64,000 nucleotides of DNA from Nitrospirota bacterium (GTDB lineage Bacteria; Nitrospirota; UBA9217): assembly GCA_035490495.1 (NCBI GenBank), contig DATHDE010000201.1:1088-65087 (forward strand). Reading direction: 5' to 3'. Shown in pieces: positions 27,060-36,594 of the stretch. The position numbers and the translations under genes are program-made. The notes beneath the pieces are model-generated. The model searched no databases, was not told where the DNA came from, and saw only the letters and a list, made by a program, of their open reading frames with translations. Every line of letters starts with the position of its first letter. The first letter of the stretch is position 1.

Positions 27060-27093
27060 GGGTAACCTCTCCTGACGCCGGTAAGAAACATGT

Positions 27094-28185
27094 CTACGCT
27101 TGTACGATCTTTTCCAGTTCTACGATAAAGCGCTTGTTTTCCTCGGGCAGGCCGATGGTGACACGCAGATATTTCGGCCCCATCGGCCGGATGATCACGC
27201 CCTGTTTCAGCAGGGCTGCGTACACGGCCTTTCCTTCAAGCGCTGTTTCAAAAAAAATGAAATTCGTTTCCGTGGGAACATATTTTATGCCGAACTGTCC
27301 GAAAGACTGATAGAGGAACTGCTTGCCTTCGTTGTTGATGGCGACCGATTTTTCCACGTGTTTGCGGTCACCCAGGGCAGCCAGTGCTCCAACCTGCGCC
27401 GGCGCGTTCGTATTGAAGGGTTGTCTCACCTTGTTCATGGTTTCAGCGATCTCGGGTTTTGTCATGCCGTATCCGATGCGCAGCCCCGCCAGACCATAAA
27501 TCTTCGAAAACGTGCGGAGTACGAGCACGTTTTTCCCTGCGTTCAGATAATCGAGGCCGTCCGGATACTCGGCATGCGTCACGTATTCGAAATACGCTTC
27601 ATCGAGCACCACGAGAACCTGTTCGGGAACCCGCTCCAGAAATCTGTTCATTTCCGTTACCGTATTCATGGTCCCGGTAGGGTTGTTCGGGTTGCAAATG
27701 AAAATAATCTTGGTTTTCTGCGTGATCCGGTCCGCCATGGCGTCGAGGTCGTGGCGCAGCTCCCTGCAAGGGACAATGACATTCGTTCCGCCAGCAGCCT
27801 GCGTGATCATTTTATAAACGACAAAGGACGGATCAGCCGAAATCACTTCATCGCCGGACTGCACATAGGTGCGGACGGCGAGTTCGATGAGTTCGTTCGA
27901 GCCGTTCCCCAGAATGATTTGTGACAATCCGATGTCGTATTTTTTTGCGAGCGCCTGGGACAGGTAATAACCGCTGCCGTCGGGATACCGGTTCTGGTCA
28001 TCAAGCACCTTTTTCATGGCGGCAACGGCTTTGGGCGACGGCCCAAGCGGATTTTCATTGGAAGCAAGTTTGATGCTGTTGGTGATCCCCAGTTCCCGTT
28101 CCAGTTCCTCGATGGGCTTGCCCGGCACATAGGGGCTGATGCTGTTGATGTTGTCCGCTGCAGTGATCATACGTGGTTTCCTCAC
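27094..28185 (-). CDS. hisC: Histidinol-phosphate/aromatic aminotransferase (class II PLP)
   Basis: 363 aa. Contains [12 protein letters not shown] and the [18 protein letters not shown]-lysine motif. Confidence 0.85.
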   Translation of the reverse strand: MRKPRMITAADNINSISPYVPGKPIEELERELGITNSIKLASNENPLGPSPKAVAAMKKVLDDQNRYPDGSGYYLSQALAKKYDIGLSQIILGNGSNELIELAVRTYVQSGDEVISADPSFVVYKMITQAAGGTNVIVPCRELRHDLDAMADRITQKTKIIFICNPNNPTGTMNTVTEMNRFLERVPEQVLVVLDEAYFEYVTHAEYPDGLDYLNAGKNVLVLRTFSKIYGLAGLRIGYGMTKPEIAETMNKVRQPFNTNAPAQVGALAALGDRKHVEKSVAINNEGKQFLYQSFGQFGIKYVPTETNFIFFETALEGKAVYAALLKQGVIIRPMGPKYLRVTIGLPEENKRFIVELEKIVQA

Positions 28186-28249
28186 AAATTATATTTTTCA
28201 GCGCTTTCTCGCGCTGGGGTTCTTCGGGCTTTACTCTCCGCGGACTGTT

Positions 28250-29323
28250 CTAGGAGGACCGGGGGTAGGAGCCGAGGACCTTCAGGAACATGCAGTCAAC
28301 CTTGAGGCGCTCGATGGCCGCGGCTACCTTCTCGTCTTCGATATGGCCTTCCATGTCGAGGAAGAATACGTAGTCCCATATCTTTCTTCCAGACGGCCGC
28401 GCATCGAGCCGGTTCAGATTGATGCCTTTTGCGGCAAAGGGTGCCAGCATGTCATATAAGGCTCCGACCCGGTCCTTGATCGAAAACATGATCGATGTCT
28501 TGTCGCGGCCGGTCCTTCCGGGCGATTTCGGCGCTATGACGAGAAAGCGCGTGAAGTTGTTCGGGTTGTCTTCGATTCTGCGGGCCACCATCTGTAGGCC
28601 GTAGAGCATGGACGCCATTTCGCTTGCAATCGCACCGATGGAGGAGTCCCCGGAAGCCATTTCCGCGGCGCGTGCCGTACTCGGGGCGTCCATGATCGGG
28701 ATTCCTGCAAGGTTTTTTTCCAGCCAGAGGCGGCACTGGCCCGGGACCTGCGGGTGGGTGTAGATCTTTTTTACATCCTCGATTCTTCCCGTTTTGTTCA
28801 TGAGATTCTGCGACACTTCGAGCAGGATTTCGGCGTATATCTTGAGGTCGGAATCGATGAACATGTCGAGGGTGTAGTTGACCACGCCTTCCGTTGAATT
28901 CTCAATGGGGACGACTCCGAAATTGGCCCGCCCCCGCTCCACTTCGCCGAAGATATCCCTGATGCTCTCGGTGGGGACATACTGCGCCGCGTAGCCGAAC
29001 TGCTGCATGCCTGCCTGATGGGTAAAGGTGGCGCGCGGCCCCAGGTAAGCAACTTTCAACGGCTTTTCCAGGGAAAGCGATGAGGACAGGATTTCATGAT
29101 ATACGGCCCTGAGCGTATCCTGGGGAAAGGGGCCGGAATTCCGCTTCGCCAGGCGTTCGAGGATTTCACGTTCACGCGACGGAGAATGAAAGTCAAGTTT
29201 CTCCGTTTTTTTGATGTTGCCGACCTCGATAACCACACGGGCGCGTTCGTTCAGCAGATCCACGAGCTGGTCGTCGATTTCATCGATTTTTTTTCGCAGT
29301 TCTTGAATTTTCTGTATCGACAT
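28250..29323 (-). CDS. pheA: Bifunctional chorismate mutase / prephenate dehydratase (P-protein)
   Basis: 357 aa. CM helix region (LRKKIDEIDDQLVDLLNERA), PDT domain and C-terminal ACT domain (TSIMFSIKDRVGALYDML). Confidence 0.9.
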   Translation of the reverse strand: MSIQKIQELRKKIDEIDDQLVDLLNERARVVIEVGNIKKTEKLDFHSPSREREILERLAKRNSGPFPQDTLRAVYHEILSSSLSLEKPLKVAYLGPRATFTHQAGMQQFGYAAQYVPTESIRDIFGEVERGRANFGVVPIENSTEGVVNYTLDMFIDSDLKIYAEILLEVSQNLMNKTGRIEDVKKIYTHPQVPGQCRLWLEKNLAGIPIMDAPSTARAAEMASGDSSIGAIASEMASMLYGLQMVARRIEDNPNNFTRFLVIAPKSPGRTGRDKTSIMFSIKDRVGALYDMLAPFAAKGINLNRLDARPSGRKIWDYVFFLDMEGHIEDEKVAAAIERLKVDCMFLKVLGSYPRSS

Positions 29324-29355
29324 GAAAGAAATGCCTTGCCGGTGCGGGATTGTGA

Positions 29356-29384
29356 ATTATAGTTGATTAGTCGGGCAGTTGCAA
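29356..29384 (-). promoter_or_regulatory. Candidate sigma70 promoter of the pheA operon
   Basis: The reverse strand reads TTGCAA-17 nt-TATAAT. The -10 element ends about 32 nt upstream of the pheA ATG. Confidence 0.5.
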
Positions 29385-29691
29385 GGACTTTTTGGCGTAA
29401 ACCGGGAAAGACGCAGGGCCATTCTGGCAAGGAACCCGGAACAGAGAATCCGGATGCATATGGGATTACGTTTTTGTTCTGATGACGGATAAATATCCTT
29501 TTCACGAACTCGGTGAAACGGTTTTCCTCCACACTGATGAACGACAGCAATGATATCGCGACAGCATGCAACTCGGTATCCAGGGCTGTGGTAAAAAAGC
29601 GTTTAAGGTGGAAGAACTCGGAAAGAGAATCCTGATGTACCACGAGGGCGCCAATCCATCCGCGCTATGTAGTGTTCCTGGTTCACCACGG

Positions 29692-29728
29692 CAGAACAAA
29701 AACGGCGGACCGATGACCGGTCCGCCGT
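29692..29728 (-). terminator. Rho-independent terminator of the flavocytochrome gene
   Basis: The reverse strand reads ACGGCGGACCG-GTCAT-CGGTCCGCCGT followed by TTTTGTTCTGC: a perfect 11-bp stem starting 17 nt after the stop. Confidence 0.8.
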
Positions 29729-29744
29729 CATGCCGTCATGATGA

Positions 29745-31535
29745 TTACTTCGCCAGTTTTGCCGCATTCTCGCCGGCTATTCTCCCAAACGTGATTGTCT
29801 GGGATATTGAATTGCCGCCCAGCCGATTCGCGCCGTGCACCCCGCCCGTTCCTTCTCCAGCTGCAAAGAGTCCGGGAATGGGCTTTCCATCCTTCGCGAT
29901 CACCTGGGAGTCCGCATTGATCTTCAGTCCGCCCATGGTGTAATGCACGCCTGGCAGTACTTCGATTGCGTGGAACCCCGGCGTCCTGATTGGCCGGGGC
30001 AGGTCAGGACGCTTGAAAACAGAATCGTTTTTTTCATCGTACGCCTTATTATATGCGTTGATTGTCGCTTCAAGCTGGCTCGCGGGCACTTTTATTTTCT
30101 CTGCAAGTTCGGCAATCGTATTTCCCGAAACAACAAGACCGAGATGAAAATAGCCATCGATCTGTTTCAGGCTCTTGCGGATGCCTTCATCAAACACGAG
30201 GTAGGCGGATTTTCCCGTCTGTGCAAGAATAGCCGCAGACGCAGCATCTCTGGTCGTGAGCTCGTTGACGAAGCGACTGCCTTCGTGATTCACGAGTACG
30301 GCACCGTTGCCCCGCACCGCTTCCGTGATAAGAATGCGGCTGCCTGCCGCCACGGTGGGATGAATCTGTATTTCTTTCATGTCAATGAGATACCCGCCTG
30401 CTGCAGCGCCGAGGTCCATTCCGTCCCCCGTCGCTCCCGGCTGGTTCGAGGTTGTCATGCCTTTGTAGGAGGGCTGATAGTAAGCCACCCGCTCGGGATT
30501 GGCTGAAAAACCTCCGGCACTGATGATAACAGCTTTGGCGTCGATCCGGTAGAGCCTGCTGTGTTTGCCGTCGACGAGCACGCCGGTTACGCGCCCCTTG
30601 CCGTCTTCGATGATCTTCACGACCCTGCTGTTCACCCGTATATCGATCTTCCGGTCATCGGCATTCTTCTTGAGGACCTGGGTGATATGTGCGCCAACAG
30701 CAGCACCGCCGCTTGGCCGGTGTGTCCTGTTTACGCTCGCTCCGCCCATCCGCCCCACATCGCTCAGATCTGCTCCCAAGGCCGTGAGCCAGTCCACAGA
30801 GGCGGCTGAATTCCTGGACAGGATCTTCACGAGTTCAGCATCATTGATGTTCTTGCCGCCTTTCATGGTATCGTCATACATGAGGTCCACGGTATCTTTA
30901 ATTCCCTTTTCCTTCTGGAACCTCGTTTCCGCGGCATTCATTCCCCCGGCCGCAAGCTGGCTGTTGCCGCCGGTTATGGGCATTTTTTCGAGTACGATGA
31001 CCTTTGCGCCTTTGTCATGGGCTGTGATCGCGGCAGTCAGTCCGGTTGCACCCGCTCCGATAACGACGATATCTGCCTTTGCGATCTCGATCTTATCAGG
31101 GATCTTGTCCACAACAGCGACAGCTGCCGGGGGTAATTGAGCGGCCACGGCGCCCTGGGGAATTTTCAGGTTGAAATTGTGGCAATTGAGGCAGTAGGTC
31201 CACGATGCTGTATGGCCATGGTGGCAGGTGGTGCAGCTTATGGTTCCGAGATGGGATTTGTGCGGATTGATCTCGTGTTTGGATTTTTCCGCCATTGCCG
31301 AGAGCGTGCCGTGGCACTGAATACACTTCGCATTGACCATGGTTTCGCTGTCATCCATCACGGTCTTCTCTCCGTGACACGTGGCGCACTCGATCGCTTT
31401 TGCTTTGTGCGCACCCGCAAGGAACGCATCACGCGTCTGCGCTCCTTTGCCGGGATCCGCGTCCGCCAAAAGATTCGATGCAGACAAAAAAACCACCATG
31501 AACAGCAGACTTGCCATTCCCTTCGTCTTTTTCAT
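29745..31535 (-). CDS. Periplasmic flavocytochrome c (tetraheme domain + FAD-dependent fumarate-reductase-like domain)
   Basis: 596 aa. Signal peptide, four CXXCH motifs (CATCH, CIQCH, CTTCH, CLNCH), FAD dinucleotide fold VVIGAGATGLTAA and a C-terminal GLFAAGE...GANRLGGNS motif. Confidence 0.85.
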   Translation of the reverse strand: MKKTKGMASLLFMVVFLSASNLLADADPGKGAQTRDAFLAGAHKAKAIECATCHGEKTVMDDSETMVNAKCIQCHGTLSAMAEKSKHEINPHKSHLGTISCTTCHHGHTASWTYCLNCHNFNLKIPQGAVAAQLPPAAVAVVDKIPDKIEIAKADIVVIGAGATGLTAAITAHDKGAKVIVLEKMPITGGNSQLAAGGMNAAETRFQKEKGIKDTVDLMYDDTMKGGKNINDAELVKILSRNSAASVDWLTALGADLSDVGRMGGASVNRTHRPSGGAAVGAHITQVLKKNADDRKIDIRVNSRVVKIIEDGKGRVTGVLVDGKHSRLYRIDAKAVIISAGGFSANPERVAYYQPSYKGMTTSNQPGATGDGMDLGAAAGGYLIDMKEIQIHPTVAAGSRILITEAVRGNGAVLVNHEGSRFVNELTTRDAASAAILAQTGKSAYLVFDEGIRKSLKQIDGYFHLGLVVSGNTIAELAEKIKVPASQLEATINAYNKAYDEKNDSVFKRPDLPRPIRTPGFHAIEVLPGVHYTMGGLKINADSQVIAKDGKPIPGLFAAGEGTGGVHGANRLGGNSISQTITFGRIAGENAAKLAK

Positions 31536-31740
31536 CCTGCCCCTCCTTTTCCCTGGCTGTCGATAGTTAAATCTCGCAGTGTTCCGGCTGTCGGCCGGCG
31601 ATTATTTCATGGAGGTCGTTGCTCTCGTCTGCGAAAATGAAAATCGGGAACTCATTCATTCCAATCTTTCAGGCTGCTTTCCTTCCCAACTCCTTGATAG
31701 TTAAAGGGATGCGCGTGTTCCTGACATTCCCTATTCCGCC

Positions 31741-32658
31741 TCATTGTTTTACAAACACCAGATTGCAGATCCTGTTCTCTATCCGCTTGCCCGTTCCCCG
31801 CGAATCTCGGAAGTTAGCCGATACATGATATGAATACGGCGTGCTTTTCCTCGCACGCCCGATGTTGTATTTCATGTCGCCCGTGAGTCCGTTTGCTGTC
31901 AATACCGTACTGCCGTCGCCGTTGATTTTCCCTTCGAGCGTAAGAGAGGGAGCTTCTCCCTTGGTGCCGTACTGTCCAGACAAATTCCCCTCCTTCACAA
32001 CGGCAAAGAATTCCAGCGTGTACCCCATTGCGCCATCCGTATGTTGCGGGCAGACGATAGTAACACTCCACGTTCCATCGAACCGGCCTCTCTCCCGGTC
32101 CGCTCCATCAGCGATTGCCTTTCCCAGCAGGAGTGCAACCTCCCTGGACAGGGGAATGTCGACGGAAGCAACGGCGAACACGGACCCTGTGCCTGCAGCA
32201 ATAAGGCGGGCATTAACCTTTACGCTGGTGTTCAGGTCGGTAATCGTACCTGTCGTGAGTGCGTCGACACCGAGAATCTTTCCGAACTGTGACGCGGTTT
32301 TTTCGTCGATCATGCCCGAAGCGCTGAGCTTTTGTTCATCCATCATTTTTTGCATCAATCGGCGTTCCACGATCTGAAATTTCCCCGTCCGGAACAGACG
32401 GGTGGTCAGCTCCTCAGCCAAATACCTTCCCAGGTCAGTCACTTTCCCCTCAAGCGTAGTAAACTCTATCACGGCAATCTTTGCGGTCTTCTGCACGGTG
32501 AGGCTGTTCGTAATCTGCTCAGTCAGGGCGTCAAGTTGTCGATCCAGATCTCTCGAGGACGCCCGTTGCACCGGGGCTGCGGTATGCTCCTGCTGATCGA
32601 CGGTTGCGCATGCTGCTGTGCCTATCATGAGTACCAGAGCCAACAGAGTGTGTTTCAT
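31741..32658 (-). CDS. Lipoprotein with an FlgO/LpoB/CsgG-like N-terminal domain and a C-terminal domain of unknown function
   Basis: Start taken at MKHTLLALVLMIGTAAC (lipobox). The KIAVIEFTTLEGKVTDLGRYLAEELTTRL segment resembles that fold family. Weak call. Confidence 0.4.
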   Translation of the reverse strand: MKHTLLALVLMIGTAACATVDQQEHTAAPVQRASSRDLDRQLDALTEQITNSLTVQKTAKIAVIEFTTLEGKVTDLGRYLAEELTTRLFRTGKFQIVERRLMQKMMDEQKLSASGMIDEKTASQFGKILGVDALTTGTITDLNTSVKVNARLIAAGTGSVFAVASVDIPLSREVALLLGKAIADGADRERGRFDGTWSVTIVCPQHTDGAMGYTLEFFAVVKEGNLSGQYGTKGEAPSLTLEGKINGDGSTVLTANGLTGDMKYNIGRARKSTPYSYHVSANFRDSRGTGKRIENRICNLVFVKQ

Positions 32659-32729
32659 GTTTCCTCCACGCTGCAATTGACCGATACATCGGGAATCGGA
32701 ACGGACTCAGTGGAGCAGCTGCTGCAGGA

Positions 32730-33266
32730 TCACTTCTTTCCAGCGTCTCTGGTCCGCAAGTACCGCTCCACGTCATGGGACCACGCTTCATACCCTCTGA
32801 CGTTTAAATGCACGCCATCATCGGACAGATATCCCTTTTTCACCTTTCCTGCTGCATCAACGAAAGACCGGTGGACGTTGAGATAGTCGGCGCCGAACTC
32901 CCGGGCGAGCCGCTCCAGACGGCCGTTGGCCTCATCAATGACACTGCTGCCTATCCACTCGAGTTCGACGGGCAGAATGCTCTGGATAACTAACTGTGCT
33001 TTTTTGTACCAGGTCGTGAAATTCCTGACGATTTCATGATAGGGTTCGAATATATGGTATTGTCCGTTCGCAATATCATTGATTCCGGTCATGAGAAATA
33101 TGAAGTCAGGATCATGGACCTGCAACCGTATGTGCTCCCGCCTCGCCAGCAGCCCCTCCACTGTTTCTCCGGAAATACCGAGGTTCGATACCTCATGATC
33201 AGAAAAGCGTCGCTGCCAGTCATACCACTGGGTAAGCGAATCACCGATGAAAACGAGTTTCGTCAT
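32730..33266 (-). CDS. SGNH/GDSL hydrolase
   Basis: Start taken at MTKLVFIGDSLT (GDS block); this avoids overlap with the upstream gene. C-terminal DGVHLN (DxxH) block. Confidence 0.75.
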   Translation of the reverse strand: MTKLVFIGDSLTQWYDWQRRFSDHEVSNLGISGETVEGLLARREHIRLQVHDPDFIFLMTGINDIANGQYHIFEPYHEIVRNFTTWYKKAQLVIQSILPVELEWIGSSVIDEANGRLERLAREFGADYLNVHRSFVDAAGKVKKGYLSDDGVHLNVRGYEAWSHDVERYLRTRDAGKK

Positions 33267-33298
33267 GGTTTGTTGTCTTGCCTGCATATGCATATGGT

Positions 33299-33943
33299 TC
33301 ATGAGACCGATTGCGGATGTACGCCGATGCTCGCGAGCTCTTTGTCGTGTCGCCTTGAAATCATCAGCTGTGCCGTAATAGCGCCGCTGAAGGCCATGAA
33401 CATGTCCCATTGCGTGTCCCAGGGGTCTCCCTGCGTGCCGAGGAAGTCATCCGCGCGCTGCCCCATGATGAGAGCAGCCCACCACTCGATGAACTCGTAG
33501 CAGGCGCTGATGGCCAGGCAAATGCAAACGACGAGAAAGAACAGCATCTTGCCCACGCGCAGCGTCGTCACGCGCAGGAGTATCTCGCGCGCGGCTACCG
33601 CGGGCACAAACCCCTGGGCAAAGTGACCGAGCCGGTCAAAATGGTTTCTCTGAAGATCGAACAGGGATTGCACCCAGGCGCCGGCAGGCACGCGCGCATA
33701 GGTGTAATATCCTCCTACAATGAGAATGAGGGCATGCAGGAAAATAAGACGGTAGAGAAGCCGTGTAAGAGGAAAACTCGCAAATGTGGCAACCAGGACT
33801 GCGATGACTATGATTACAGGCAATACCTCGAGCAGCCACGTTGTCCTGTCAAAAGGCCGGATGGAGGTGAGAACAAGGCAAAGAACGGCGATGCTCATCA
33901 GGATGAGCAGTTCCCTTGATTTCACGGAAGATCCTTTCCCCAA
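33299..33943 (-). CDS. Inner-membrane protein, DUF2238/YjdF-like
   Basis: About 200 aa and polytopic. Contains GTQGDPWDTQWDMF, which resembles the YjdF family (recalled from memory). The start is uncertain: TTG at 33943, or GTG at 33925, or ATG at 33898. Confidence 0.5.
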   Translation of the reverse strand: MGKGSSVKSRELLILMSIAVLCLVLTSIRPFDRTTWLLEVLPVIIVIAVLVATFASFPLTRLLYRLIFLHALILIVGGYYTYARVPAGAWVQSLFDLQRNHFDRLGHFAQGFVPAVAAREILLRVTTLRVGKMLFFLVVCICLAISACYEFIEWWAALIMGQRADDFLGTQGDPWDTQWDMFMAFSGAITAQLMISRRHDKELASIGVHPQSVS

Positions 33944-34037
33944 GTCGTCATTCCCGTCGTGAACGTTCGATGGCTTGTTTCAGCATCTCAACGGAAGGGG
34001 CATTCGCGAGCCGCCCGGACTCGTCCCGGTACACCCT

Positions 34038-34265
34038 TCAGGTGATGCCAGGAGTCGTACTACCGCTTTCAAAGGCGTCCTGGCCGTTGATCCAGATGGA
34101 AGGTGAGCCGAGAATATTGCGGCTTATCGCATCTTCGTAATAAAGCGTATGGTACTCGACCTCTGCAGACACGCCGGCACTGACCAGAGCCTTGTTGAGA
34201 TTCTCGTGGAGGTCGTGGTAAGAGCCGCAAAGTTCGGAGACAAAGACGTCGATTTTCATTTGCAC
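34038..34265 (-). CDS. Small thioredoxin-fold protein (single Cys), ORF ends at a TGA
   Basis: 75 aa: MQMKIDVFVSELCGSYHDLHENLNKALVSAGVSAEVEY...GSPSIWINGQD. The beta-alpha-beta pattern resembles MTH895/DUF2703-type small thioredoxins. See the finding on read-through. Confidence 0.5.
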   Translation of the reverse strand: MQMKIDVFVSELCGSYHDLHENLNKALVSAGVSAEVEYHTLYYEDAISRNILGSPSIWINGQDAFESGSTTPGIT

Positions 34266-34447
34266 ATGATTGACACTGCTTTAAAGTACGTTACGAGCCG
34301 GCAACGTGCAATTGAGTCAAGGCTGGTAACCACGGGTCCGGCGAGGCCGGGCACACAGATGAACGATGATGAGCTTCAAGCTGCGATGTTGTATCCGCGT
34401 TCATCCGTGGTTACAAATTCCATTGGCCTGAGGCATTGCCTCATGAA

Positions 34448-34762
34448 TTATTTTTTTTCGAGAATATCGTTGACCCACGACATGGCGGCTGAAACATTGG
34501 GGAATCCGATCGTGCTGGTCAGGAGAATGATGGCATGCCGGATTTCATCCGGCTTCGCCCCCGCCTCAAGGGCCCGACGGGCATGGGAATGCACCGATCC
34601 TTCGGAGCGCGATGTCGCAGCAGCAGCCAGCTGTATGAGCCGCGCCGTCTTTTCATTCAGAGGTCCAGCGGCCTTGGCTGCTTTGCCCAAGTTTTCCACG
34701 GCCTTCATGTACGCGGCATACTTCTTCTGAATTCCCATGTATTGTTTCGGCAATCTCGGCAT
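34448..34762 (-). CDS. Carboxymuconolactone decarboxylase/AhpD-like family protein (Cys-less variant)
   Basis: 104 aa. Contains LIQLAAAATSRSEGSVHSHARRALEAGAKPDEIRHAI. The positions of the usual CxxC read SEGS (codons TCC and TCG). Confidence 0.65.
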   Translation of the reverse strand: MPRLPKQYMGIQKKYAAYMKAVENLGKAAKAAGPLNEKTARLIQLAAAATSRSEGSVHSHARRALEAGAKPDEIRHAIILLTSTIGFPNVSAAMSWVNDILEKK

Positions 34763-34845
34763 TGTATCCTCCTCGCTGTTTTTTCCAAGTGTAAGTGAAA
34801 GACCGCGTTAAGTCAAGCAATCACGAGAATCCCGTCAGCGGGAAA

Positions 34846-34878
34846 GAAAATAAAAAAGCGGCGGAATCTATCCGCCGC
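34846..34878 (-). terminator. Rho-independent terminator after rpmA
   Basis: The reverse strand reads GCGGCGGA-TAGAT-TCCGCCGC followed by TTTTTTATTTTC. Confidence 0.85.
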
Positions 34879-34907
34879 TTGGTTGATAACGGTTGCTCAA
34901 CCGGCTG

Positions 34908-35168
34908 CTATGATGCCGCCGCGTACACGCTCACCTGTTTGCGCGTCTTGTCCTTGCGCTCGAATTTCACGACGCCGTTTATCTTTGCAAACAGCGTGTC
35001 ATCGCAGCCTTTGCCCACGTTCGTGCCCGGATGGAACCTCGTCCCCCGCTGCCGTACGATGATCGTGCCTGCGAGCACTTTCTCGCCGTCATACCGTTTC
35101 ACGCCCAGATACTGCGGATTGCTGTCCCTGCCGTTTCTCGAACTGCCAACACCCTTTTTATGAGCCAT
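34908..35168 (-). CDS. rpmA: 50S ribosomal protein L27
   Basis: 86 aa starting [24 protein letters not shown]. Confidence 0.95.
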   Translation of the reverse strand: MAHKKGVGSSRNGRDSNPQYLGVKRYDGEKVLAGTIIVRQRGTRFHPGTNVGKGCDDTLFAKINGVVKFERKDKTRKQVSVYAAAS

Positions 35169-35195
35169 TTCCCGTCCTCCGAATGCACATCACGC

Positions 35196-35507
35196 TTACG
35201 CGATGATTTCCTTTACTTTAATTGCCGTGTAGTTCTGGCGATGCCCCGTGGTCTTGCGGAAACCCTTGCGCCGACGGTGTTTGAAGATCAGAAGCTTCTC
35301 TCCCCTGCCTTCCCCGACGACCTCGGCCGTGACTTTTGCAGACGCGATAGTAGGTTTGCCGACAGATACTTTTTCGCCGTCCGCGATCATATAAACATCT
35401 TTCAATTCAACGGTATCACCCGTTTTTGCGTCAAGGCTCTCCACTCTGATCACGTCGCCGGGCGCCACTTTGTACTGTTTTCCCCCGGTTGCTATAACTG
35501 CGTACAT
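35196..35507 (-). CDS. rplU: 50S ribosomal protein L21
   Basis: 103 aa starting MYAVIATGGKQYKV. Canonical rplU-rpmA pair. Confidence 0.95.
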   Translation of the reverse strand: MYAVIATGGKQYKVAPGDVIRVESLDAKTGDTVELKDVYMIADGEKVSVGKPTIASAKVTAEVVGEGRGEKLLIFKHRRRKGFRKTTGHRQNYTAIKVKEIIA

Positions 35508-35666
35508 ATGCTGAAACCTCCTTCAGATTCAAGCCATCATGAGCAATTCGGTATTAAGAGCGCATAAAATACCATGTAACTCTTGGAGTTGTCAAGGGAA
35601 AAAAGGGCTTTCCCGTCTGAACTTTTCTTTCCCTCCGTTTGACACCGCGGCAGGCAGGCTGCTACA

Positions 35667-36530
35667 ATGCGGCACAAAACCAGCATGTCTTATTATTATG
35701 AGTACTCCATAAACGTGTCACCCCCCTTCCGGGACGCCCTCATTAAAAATCTTTACGATGCTGGCAGTCTCGGCATCATCGAAGAGGACGACAGGATTCG
35801 TGCTTATTTCCCGGCGGGATCTGACATGCGCAAGATAGAACAGGACCTCGCCGTTTCTCAGGCACTCATGGAAGCATCGTCACAGCACGGCGCATTCGCT
35901 TTTCAACGAACGCTCATCCCTGACCGGGACTGGAACGAAACATGGAAGCAGGGGTTTCATGCTATCGATGTCGGAGACCGCTTTACGATCCTTCCTCCCT
36001 GGGAGCAGAAAAAAACAGGTCGCATCAACCTCGTCATCGACCCTGCCATGGCTTTCGGCACGGGCCACCATGAAACAACCCGTTCGTGCCTTCTGCTCAT
36101 CGAAAAATATGCAGACAGAACCGGCAAGGAGCATTTTCTCGATATCGGCACGGGCACGGGAATCCTCGCAATTGCAGCTGCCAAACTTGGTTTTCACCAC
36201 GTGACAGGAATCGATACGGACATCCTCGCCGTGGAAGCAGCGAGGGAAAACATCGTGATAAACTCCACCCCGGACATCTGTATTCAAATGGGAAGTCTTA
36301 CGATATCAAACGGGGAGTTCGATGTCATTGTTGCAAACATCATTTCAGGCGTCCTGGTGATGCTGGCACCGGCCATTGCGTCGCATTTAAGGTTGAAAGG
36401 TTTCTGCATACTCTCCGGAATTCTTCATGGTCAGGATGATGAAGTGGTTGAAGCCATGCGAAAGGCAGGACTCGGGCTCGTAGAGCGATGGCCCGACGGG
36501 AAGTGGATTTCACTCGTCGTCACGAGGTAA
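35667..36530 (+). CDS. prmA: Ribosomal protein L11 methyltransferase
   Basis: 287 aa. Contains FGTGHHETT and the SAM motif LDIGTGTGILAIAAAKLG. The start may be the ATG at 35685. Confidence 0.85.
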   Translation: MRHKTSMSYYYEYSINVSPPFRDALIKNLYDAGSLGIIEEDDRIRAYFPAGSDMRKIEQDLAVSQALMEASSQHGAFAFQRTLIPDRDWNETWKQGFHAIDVGDRFTILPPWEQKKTGRINLVIDPAMAFGTGHHETTRSCLLLIEKYADRTGKEHFLDIGTGTGILAIAAAKLGFHHVTGIDTDILAVEAARENIVINSTPDICIQMGSLTISNGEFDVIVANIISGVLVMLAPAIASHLRLKGFCILSGILHGQDDEVVEAMRKAGLGLVERWPDGKWISLVVTR

Positions 36531-36594
36531 TGCAGGGGATTCCCTGCTGCATTTATCAATTTACATCGGAAGCGACATTGGCTATAATAGCTCC

